Shown here piece by piece: positions 1 to 5,602 of a stretch of DNA of 6,136 nucleotides. A program made the position numbers and the translations under genes. Source of the stretch: a virus. Below the pieces are notes generated by a model. The model saw only the letters and a program-made list of their open reading frames with translations. It had not been told where the DNA came from and searched no databases. The stretch spans positions 1 through 6,136 of IMG/VR virus record IMGVR_UViG_3300029541_000072; one strand, written 5' to 3'. Within the stretch, counting starts at the first letter, position 1, and every line of letters starts with the position of its first letter.

Positions 1-1305
1 TATGGTTCTTGTAAGATTTTGGATTTATTGGGTTATGGTTCATTTCTTGCTAGTGATAATATTTCTAAAAAGGCAATTACCAAATCATATTTAGGTCTTG
101 CTGATGTTGCCGATGTTGATAATCCTTTGGTTTATAAGTCTTCTCAGGTTGTAAATTTGCTTCCGCTATTGGCGTACCAGAAAGTCTATTTTGATTTTTT
201 CAGTAATTCTCAATGGGAAAAACATTTGGCCTATTCTTATAATGTTGATTATTGGGATGGAACGTCACAGTTGGCTGTTGTTCCTGATATGTTAAAGCTC
301 CGGTATGCTAATTACCCTAAAGACTATTTTATGGGTATACTTCCTAGTTCTCAGTACGGTTCGGTAGCGCTTCTTTCACCTCTTGACAGGACGCAACCGT
401 CTAATGTTGTTTTGGCTCGTACTACTGATGGCATAAGTACCTCGCCTGTTCGCAATCCTTCTGGCGGTGATATTGTTCAGACAACTTCATCTAATTCTGC
501 TAAATCCGATAGATTGCTTCGTGTTAATACCGACCTTTCTGCCCTTTCACTTCGTGCTACAGAATATCTCCAGCGTTGGAAAGAAGTAGTCCAGTTCTCT
601 AGTAAGGACTATTCTGATCAGATGTCAGCTCAATTTGGCATCAAGGCTCCTGAATATATGGGCAATCATTCTCATTATATTGGTGGTTGGTCTAATGTAA
701 TTAATATTAATGAGGTTCTTAATACAAATCTTTCTGCTGATAATTCTCAGGCTGTTATTGCTGGTAAAGGTGTTGGTTCTAATTCCGGCCATACTATTAC
801 TTATGATTGTGGTGCCGAGCATCAGGTGATTATTTGTGTTTATCATGCTGTTCCTTTGGTTGATTGGAATTTGACAGGTCAAAATCCTCAATTGACCGTT
901 TCTTCTATATCTGACTTTCCTCAACCTGCCTTTGATCAGTTGGGTATGCAGCCTGTCCCCGGCTTGAATCTTCATAATAATCCTAGTCGTTCTGTTTCTA
1001 CCTCAATTGGATATAATTTGCGTTATTGGCAATGGAAATCTAATATTGATACAGTTCATGCTGGTTTCCGTTCCGGTCTGGCTTACCAGTCTTGGTCCGC
1101 TCCTATTGATGGTTGGGATGTTTTGACTTCTTCTGGTTCTTGGTCTTATCAGTCCATGAAAGTCCGTCCTCAGCAATTGAATTCTATTTTTGAGCCTCAG
1201 GTTTCAGGCCAGAATTCTTCTGTTGCCTTTGATCAGTTATTGTGTAATGTTAATTTCCAAGTATATGCTGTCCAAAATTTGGACAGAAATGGTTTACCTT
1301 ATTAA
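1..1305 (+). CDS. Major capsid protein (Microviridae VP1/F family), C-terminal part. It continues in frame from 5603..6037 across the circular junction; the full protein is about 579 aa.
   Basis: Position 1 is in frame with the ORF starting at 19 and with 5603 (6038-5603 = 435, divisible by 3). The N-terminal part shows the typical microvirus MCP start (basic residues, F-x-L-S, G-E-I-L-P, P-G-N-K-Y, Y-D-F-Y-A-V-P-L-R). The track ORF 19..1305 is just the in-window tail. Confidence 0.88.
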   Translation, partial: YGSCKILDLLGYGSFLASDNISKKAITKSYLGLADVADVDNPLVYKSSQVVNLLPLLAYQKVYFDFFSNSQWEKHLAYSYNVDYWDGTSQLAVVPDMLKLRYANYPKDYFMGILPSSQYGSVALLSPLDRTQPSNVVLARTTDGISTSPVRNPSGGDIVQTTSSNSAKSDRLLRVNTDLSALSLRATEYLQRWKEVVQFSSKDYSDQMSAQFGIKAPEYMGNHSHYIGGWSNVININEVLNTNLSADNSQAVIAGKGVGSNSGHTITYDCGAEHQVIICVYHAVPLVDWNLTGQNPQLTVSSISDFPQPAFDQLGMQPVPGLNLHNNPSRSVSTSIGYNLRYWQWKSNIDTVHAGFRSGLAYQSWSAPIDGWDVLTSSGSWSYQSMKVRPQQLNSIFEPQVSGQNSSVAFDQLLCNVNFQVYAVQNLDRNGLPY

Positions 1306-1310
1306 TTTAG

Positions 1311-1757
1311 TTGATTATGAGAAGTTTTGCTTATATTAATCCCGATTTTATTCAGGATACTTATGTTCCTGTTAGTGTTGAAGATAATCCGTGTTATCAG
1401 CCGTCTGTTTATGATTCGGTTCTGTATGACGAACTTCCTGACGGTGATTTGATTCAGTGTGATATGACACAGATTCTTTTGAATCAGGAAAAATATCGTA
1501 ACCTGCTTGGTGATATGAATGTTCAGAACATTCTTGCCCAGATGCATCCTACTTCGTCTACTGCTATGGATAATATGACTGATGAAGAACGATTTAATTG
1601 TGTTATTTCGCGTCACTGTCAGACTATGTCTGAACGTCAGGCTGTTCTTAGAGAGTTGGCTAGCGAGCATTCTGAATTGTCTTCTTATGCTGAGTCTTTA
1701 TTGGCAGAGCAAAAGGCAGCGCCGTCTTCGGATCCCGCCCCTGCCTCTGCTGAATAA
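1311..1757 (+). CDS. Hypothetical 148-aa acidic protein between the MCP and pilot genes. It may be an internal scaffolding protein (VP3-like) or a spike/decoration protein; function unknown.
   Basis: Clean ORF on the coding strand with protein-like composition, rich in D/E and with a low-complexity A/P/S C-terminus. Its TAA stop at 1755-1757 shares a base with the ATG of the next gene (TAATG). Its position matches the small gene between F and H in phiX-like genomes and VP3 in gokushoviruses. Confidence 0.6.
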   Translation: MIMRSFAYINPDFIQDTYVPVSVEDNPCYQPSVYDSVLYDELPDGDLIQCDMTQILLNQEKYRNLLGDMNVQNILAQMHPTSSTAMDNMTDEERFNCVISRHCQTMSERQAVLRELASEHSELSSYAESLLAEQKAAPSSDPAPASAE

Positions 1758-2899
1758 TGGGCTTATTTGATGCTATTGCTTCTTCCGTAGGTAATCTTAC
1801 TGATAATGTTGTTGGTATGATTAACCAGAATCACCAGAATAAAGTCAATTTACGTATGATGCGCGAGCAAAATGATTTTAATGCAAAACAGGCTAGTCTA
1901 CAGCGTGATTGGCAAGAAGATATGTGGAATAAGAATAACGAGTATAATTCTCCTGAAGCAATGATTTCTCGAGGTTTAAACCCTTTTGTTGGTTCTTCTG
2001 CTGGTGCTGGTGTTTCTCGTTCTCCTGCCTCTGGTGGTGCTGCTGCTACCGCTGCTCCTGTTCCTAGTATGCAGGCATTTAAGCCTAATTTTTCCAATGT
2101 TTTTCAGTCACTCGCCTCTCTTGCTCAAGCCAGAGCTTCTAATGCTTCTGCTGGTGAGTCTGGTGCCCGTTCTAATCAGGTTGATACATTGACTCCTCTA
2201 TTGTCAGATTATTATAGAGGTCTTACTAATTGGAAGAATTTAGCGGTTGGTGAATCCGGTTATTGGAATAAGACGACAGGTCGTATATCTGCTGCCCTTG
2301 ACCAGTCTACTGAAGCTCAGAATTTGAGAAACGCTCAGTTCGCTGAACGTATTTCGGCCGCACAGGAAACGCAGATTTTGCTTAATTCTGAAGCTCAGCG
2401 TATTATGAATAAATATATGGACCAGAACCAACAAGCTGATTTGCTTATTAAGGCTCAAACCTTAGCCAATCTCCATTCCCAAGGTGCTCTTACTGAGAAG
2501 CAAATACAGACTGAAATTCAGCGTGCTATTCTTACTGCTGCTGAGGCTTCTGGTAAGAAAATTGACAATCATATAGCTTCCGAGACGGCTGACTCTTTGA
2601 TTAAGGCAGCTAAGGCCTCTAATGAATTGCAATATCGTGATTATACGTACGATTATGAGAATGTTAAGCTTCGTAAACATGCGGAGTATAAAACTTCTAT
2701 GGCTAATCAGAAAGCTGCTGAGTATGGTGCGGAATTGGCTCGTAAACAAGGACGTACTCATTATTGGGAATCTGTTGCTCGTGGTCTTGGTAGTATTGCT
2801 GCTGGTGCTGGTAATTTTATTGGCGCATTTCGTCCCGGTGCTAATATCTTTCGTAATGATTATGGTTCTCGTAATACTACTATTTATAATGGTCGGTAA
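1757..2899 (+). CDS. DNA pilot / minor capsid protein (VP2/H-like)
   Basis: The N-terminal block 'NDFNAKQASLQRDWQEDMWNKNNEYNSPEAMISRGLNP' fits the conserved gokushovirus VP2 signature (F-N-A..Q..R-D/E-W/F-Q-E..M..N..Y......G-L-N-P). It is followed by a Gly/Ala/Ser-rich low-complexity segment, a long Q/A/E-rich predicted coiled coil, and a C-terminal glycine zipper (GLGSIAAGAGNFIGAF). Confidence 0.8.
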   Translation: MGLFDAIASSVGNLTDNVVGMINQNHQNKVNLRMMREQNDFNAKQASLQRDWQEDMWNKNNEYNSPEAMISRGLNPFVGSSAGAGVSRSPASGGAAATAAPVPSMQAFKPNFSNVFQSLASLAQARASNASAGESGARSNQVDTLTPLLSDYYRGLTNWKNLAVGESGYWNKTTGRISAALDQSTEAQNLRNAQFAERISAAQETQILLNSEAQRIMNKYMDQNQQADLLIKAQTLANLHSQGALTEKQIQTEIQRAILTAAEASGKKIDNHIASETADSLIKAAKASNELQYRDYTYDYENVKLRKHAEYKTSMANQKAAEYGAELARKQGRTHYWESVARGLGSIAAGAGNFIGAFRPGANIFRNDYGSRNTTIYNGR

Positions 2900-2976
2900 A
2901 CATTCTTTAGGACTAGAAGCCCATCGCGGCGTTTGAGCGATATACACCCGCCGCCCGCGTAGGGCCTGATCGAAAA

Positions 2977-3102
2977 ATGGAGCGGAGCGACTTCCTTAGA
3001 GAAGCGTTCCGCTTCGGTATTTTAGCGCGTAGGCGCGCAAAGGCAAGACAGTTCCTGCCTTGCCGTGCCTATACACCCTGTATACATCCACTTGCTAATT
3101 AA
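2977..3102 (+). CDS. Candidate 41-aa arginine-rich micro-ORF (MERSDFLREAFRFGILARRRAKARQFLPCRAYTPCIHPLAN). It may be a J/VP8-like DNA-binding packaging protein.
   Basis: Hand translation gives ATG at 2977 and TAA at 3100-3102, with 9 Arg + 1 Lys against 3 acidic residues. Microviridae normally encode a very small basic DNA-binding protein (phiX174 J, gokushovirus VP8), and no other candidate is evident in this genome. Caveat: a GC-rich sequence will yield Arg codons by chance. Confidence 0.2.
   Translation: MERSDFLREAFRFGILARRRAKARQFLPCRAYTPCIHPLAN
3001..3024 (+). terminator. Candidate intrinsic terminator/hairpin: GAAGCG-TTC-CGCTTC followed by GGTATTTTA
   Basis: A perfect 6-bp GC-rich stem with a 3-nt loop lies about 100 nt downstream of the pilot-gene stop and is followed by a short T-tract. 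The T-tract is short and interrupted, so this is weak. Confidence 0.25.
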
Positions 3103-3129
3103 GCGAAGCCCCTAGTTGTGTGCGAAGCA

Positions 3130-3152
3130 AATCCGAGTTATCCTCTCGGATT
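3130..3152. repeat. Perfect inverted repeat / stem-loop AATCCGAG-(TTATCCT)-CTCGGATT
   Basis: An 8-bp perfect stem with a 7-nt loop, read directly from the sequence. It could be a complementary-strand origin, a primosome assembly site or a transcript-processing signal. Confidence 0.6.
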
Positions 3153-3219
3153 CTCCCTTCCCTTGTCCATAAACGCACAACTCACACTCCACGGTAGAAT
3201 CTAAAAAAAACAGTTTTTC

Positions 3220-3250
3220 TTTGGAATTATGATTTTAGTTCGTATATTTG
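3220..3250 (+). promoter_or_regulatory. Candidate Bacteroidetes sigma(ABfr)-type promoter: -33 TTTG (3220-3223), 19-nt spacer, -7 TAtaTTTG (3243-3250).
   Basis: It matches the published Bacteroides consensus TTTG-N19-21-TAnnTTTG. It lies about 50 nt upstream of the first ORF after the non-coding region (ATG 3302). It is consistent with the absence of Shine-Dalgarno motifs before every gene in the genome. Confidence 0.35.
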
Positions 3251-3301
3251 CTCCCAGTTAGAAGTTACAACTATTATTAACATTTTAAACATTTTACAAT
3301 T

Positions 3302-3514
3302 ATGCAAAGATTTATTATTTCTATTAAAGACAAAAATACTGGTCGTGATTTTATTTCGCCTTTTACTATCGATTCTCTTGATGGTTTTGGAGATTTTGTT
3401 GAGAGATTTACTTCATATGGTTGTCTTGTCATTATTGACTCGATTAAGGAGGAAAATGATTTCTTTGAGCTTTCACGTAAATTTGAACTATCTAAACCTG
3501 CTACTCATGAATAA
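3302..3514 (+). CDS. Hypothetical 70-aa acidic protein
   Basis: ORF with balanced, protein-like composition (13 D/E, 9 K/R) immediately downstream of the candidate promoter. Its stop overlaps the ATG of the next micro-ORF (ATGAATAA). I recognise no family. Confidence 0.5.
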   Translation: MQRFIISIKDKNTGRDFISPFTIDSLDGFGDFVERFTSYGCLVIIDSIKEENDFFELSRKFELSKPATHE

Positions 3515-3590
3515 GACTAATATTTGGAAAATCGTTATCGGTGCTGTTTCTGCTGCCTTAGGTTACATTCTTAATGCTATTGGACTATGA
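3507..3590 (+). CDS. Candidate 27-aa single-pass membrane peptide (MNKTNIWKIVIGAVSAALGYILNAIGL), a possible holin-/spanin-like partner of the downstream peptidase.
   Basis: ATG at 3507 overlaps the stop of the 70-aa ORF. Its own TGA (3588-3590) overlaps the ATG (3587-3589) of the peptidase gene (ATGA). It has a polar N-terminus (MNKTNIWK) followed by a roughly 19-residue hydrophobic helix. It is the C-terminal part of track ORF 3345..3590; the upstream Leu-rich portion overlaps the 70-aa ORF and is discounted. Confidence 0.3.
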   Translation: MNKTNIWKIVIGAVSAALGYILNAIGL

Positions 3591-3898
3591 ACTATACTCT
3601 TATGCATTTTCTTGAGTATTTGTTGTACTCTAATGTTCATTTTTCGGTGACTAGTGCTAGACGTACTCCTGAACAAAATAAGGCTTGCAATGGTTCCCCG
3701 AATTCTCAGCACCTTGTAGGCGAAGCTGTTGATATTAAGCCCTTTGGCTCTACTACATTTAATAAGTTGCTTGAAATGATTCATCTTTTTTCGGATAATG
3801 TTTCGCCATTTGACCAACTTATTATATATCCAACATTTATTCATATTTCGTTTTGCTCGCGTAACCGTCACCAAGTGATTGACAAACGTAATTATTAA
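3587..3898 (+). CDS. Zinc D-Ala-D-Ala carboxypeptidase-fold peptidase (Peptidase_M15 / LAS superfamily, M15_3-like); probable cell-wall hydrolase (endolysin).
   Basis: 'VHFSVTSARRTPEQNKACNGSPNSQHLVGEAVDI' fits the M15_3 core (S-x-x-R-s/t-P-E-x-N-x-A-x-G-G-x-x-N-S-Q-H-L-x-G-x-A-x-D-I), with the H-x6-D zinc-ligand pair. The C-terminal 'TFIHISF' matches the final His motif (fvHvD/S). Confidence 0.72.
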   Translation: MNYTLMHFLEYLLYSNVHFSVTSARRTPEQNKACNGSPNSQHLVGEAVDIKPFGSTTFNKLLEMIHLFSDNVSPFDQLIIYPTFIHISFCSRNRHQVIDKRNY

Positions 3899-3903
3899 TA
3901 ATT

Positions 3904-5583
3904 ATGAAATATTCTCCTGAATTGTTGAAAGCGGTTGACCATTGTCAACATCGTTCATTTATTACGAATAAGTACACTGGTACACGTATTGCCGTTGATT
4001 GTGGTCAATGCGATTATTGTATCCATAAGCGTGCTAAAAAAGCGTCCATACGAGTGAAGACTGCTGGAAGTGCTTTCAAGTATTCTTATTTTGTTACTCT
4101 TACGTATGATAATGCGAATCTTCCTCTTATGTATTGCAAGGTACTCCATAGTGAATATGAGGACGCTGTCGGCATTTCGGGAGATGTTCATTTTGGAAAT
4201 GAATACCATAATTACATTCCTGTTTCCGACTATCAATGTGATGATAACTCCGCGTTGCGTCATATATTCTTCGATCAGGTACAAGGTACTGTGCCGTTTG
4301 ACCGTGAGCTTAAGGAATATGTTCCTGTTAAGGATAATTGGTTTCTTTCTATGGATGCTATTCGTAGTTTTATCCATAAGACGCAAGCCCTTAACAAAAC
4401 GGACTATCCCGTTTCTGAACAATACGGCCGTGATAACCTTATTCCCTTTCTGAACTACGTTGATGTCCAGAACTATATAAAACGTTTACGTAAACATTTA
4501 TTTAAAAAATTAGGTTCTTATGAGACGTTACATTTTTACGCTGTGGGCGAGTATGGTCCTGTACACTTCCGTCCGCATTTCCATTTGTTATTATTCTCGA
4601 ACTCGAGCGAAGTCGCAAAGGTATTACGAGAATGTCACGATAAGAGTTGGAAACTCGGTCGTTCAGATTTCCAACATTCCGCTGGCGGAGCTGCGTCGTA
4701 CGTTGCGAGTTACGTTAACAGCCTTTGCTCTGCTCCCTTATTATATCGCTCATGCCGCTCGTTTAGACCCAAGTCGCGAGCATCTATTGGATTCTTTGAA
4801 AAAGGTTGCGATTTCGTGGAAGACGATGATCCTTATGCGCAAATTGAGGCAAAAATCGATTCTGTCGTTAATGGAAGATGCTACAACTTCGGCGGTTTCT
4901 GTGTTCGGTCAACTCCACCCATGTCGTATATCCGTACCTTACTCCCCCGATTCTCGTCTGCTCGCAATGACGATAGTACTGCGATTGCTCGAATTCTTTT
5001 CGCTGTTCACTCAACGCCAAAAAGGATTGCAAAATTCGGATTTGTAGATTATAAACAAGATTCGATTTTAGATCTTGTCCGTGTTTATTATCAATATCTT
5101 AAACTTAATCCTATTCTCACTGATGATGATAAGATTATATTACATAATGCTCGGTGCCTTACTAGGTTTGTTAACTTGTCTAGTGATGTTGACGTTCAGG
5201 CTTTTATTTCTAAGCTTTATCGGCTTTTCCTTTACGTTCATAAATTTTTTCGTAACTGGCATTTGCCTGATTTTGGTTCTAATATCGATTCTCGCTATGG
5301 TCGCGTTATGTTTATACTTAAAAAAGGCATAGAATATGAAACGAAAAAGAATTATGAAAGTTTACGAGATGCATATAGCCTCCGTTCCCAATACCCTGAT
5401 ATCTCAGATTGTATGTTTGCGTTGCCTCAGAATGGGCAGGAAATTGATGTCTTGCAGGCCGTATCGAGTGAAACGGTTCAACTCCTTGAGCAACTCCGGT
5501 ACCGTAGTTCGACATTCTGTCGTGATATGATTAAGCACAAAAAACTTAATGATGCTAACAATATATTTAACCGTATGGTCTAA
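3904..5583 (+). CDS. Rolling-circle replication initiator protein (Microviridae VP4/A-like, HUH superfamily I Rep)
   Basis: Motif I FVTLTYD (nt 4090-4110). Motif II HUH PHFHLLLF (H225 at 4576-4578, H227 at 4582-4584). Motif III with two catalytic Tyr, YVASYVN (Y266 at 4699-4701, Y270 at 4711-4713), is near-identical to phiX174 protein A YVAKYVN. The N-terminal Cys/His cluster (HCQH...CGQCDYCIH) is typical of VP4. Confidence 0.92.
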   Translation: MKYSPELLKAVDHCQHRSFITNKYTGTRIAVDCGQCDYCIHKRAKKASIRVKTAGSAFKYSYFVTLTYDNANLPLMYCKVLHSEYEDAVGISGDVHFGNEYHNYIPVSDYQCDDNSALRHIFFDQVQGTVPFDRELKEYVPVKDNWFLSMDAIRSFIHKTQALNKTDYPVSEQYGRDNLIPFLNYVDVQNYIKRLRKHLFKKLGSYETLHFYAVGEYGPVHFRPHFHLLLFSNSSEVAKVLRECHDKSWKLGRSDFQHSAGGAASYVASYVNSLCSAPLLYRSCRSFRPKSRASIGFFEKGCDFVEDDDPYAQIEAKIDSVVNGRCYNFGGFCVRSTPPMSYIRTLLPRFSSARNDDSTAIARILFAVHSTPKRIAKFGFVDYKQDSILDLVRVYYQYLKLNPILTDDDKIILHNARCLTRFVNLSSDVDVQAFISKLYRLFLYVHKFFRNWHLPDFGSNIDSRYGRVMFILKKGIEYETKKNYESLRDAYSLRSQYPDISDCMFALPQNGQEIDVLQAVSSETVQLLEQLRYRSSTFCRDMIKHKKLNDANNIFNRMV

Positions 5584-5602
5584 TTTTAAATTTTAATTAA
5601 TT

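Larger units (their letters stand above)
2900..3219. other. GC-rich, highly structured non-coding island in an otherwise AT-rich genome; no ORF >=60 aa on either strand.
   Basis: Hand counts give 57-58% GC over 2941..3060, against about 30-45% in the coding stretches sampled. C/G runs such as ccgcccgcg are present. It contains perfect hairpins at 3001-3015, 3025-3038, 3042-3064 and 3130-3152, the direct repeat TATACACCC at 2941-2949 and 3070-3078, the palindrome TGTATACA at 3079-3086, and GCGAAGC at 3103-3109 and 3122-3128. Confidence 0.7.

Noticed and set aside
625-975. Minus-strand ORFs (625..975, 1302..1670, 1831..2097, 2240..2458, 2462..2947, 3563..3874, 3955..4422, 5318..5515) antisense to the capsid, pilot, peptidase and Rep genes
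   Set aside because: All are rich in K/N/I/R/S, as expected from reverse-translating a T-rich coding strand (A-rich antisense). Microviridae transcribe only one strand, and each overlaps a well-supported + strand gene along its full length.
1986-2192. Leu/Val-rich alternative-frame ORFs on the + strand (1986..2192, 2622..2936, 1582..1770, 4070..4453, 4520..5047) embedded in the pilot and Rep genes
   Set aside because: Poly-Leu/Val/Phe low-complexity translations are the typical artefact of reading T-rich DNA out of frame (T in the second codon position). There are no start-codon contexts or conserved features.
2900-3200. Possibility of a tRNA or other canonical RNA gene in the GC-rich island
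   Set aside because: No T-loop-like GGTTCGAATCC or cloverleaf arrangement is recognisable, and the hairpins are simple consecutive stems. A tRNA is unlikely in a 6-kb microvirus, and I cannot run tRNAscan.
3271-3300. dif-like XerC/D site (as used by Bacteroidetes microvirus prophages) near the AACATTTTA tandem
   Set aside because: Only loose resemblance to the TTATGTTAAAT/ATTTAACATAA arms. With no reliable Bacteroidetes dif consensus to hand, this is no better than chance and needs a database comparison.
3345-3506. N-terminal two-thirds of track ORF 3345..3590 (81 aa, Leu-rich)
   Set aside because: It overlaps the better-looking 70-aa ORF 3302..3514 in another frame and is poly-Leu/Ile low complexity. 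Only the terminal 27 codons from ATG 3507, which have a sensible start-overlap architecture, were kept as a candidate.
5075-5332. 85-aa extremely hydrophobic ORF in an alternate frame inside the Rep gene; considered as a phiX174 E-like embedded lysis gene
   Set aside because: phiX174 E is embedded in D in just this way, so it is tempting. But at least five comparable hydrophobic out-of-frame ORFs exist across this genome, which argues for a compositional artefact. A dedicated peptidase-based lysis candidate already exists. It would need conservation evidence to revive.
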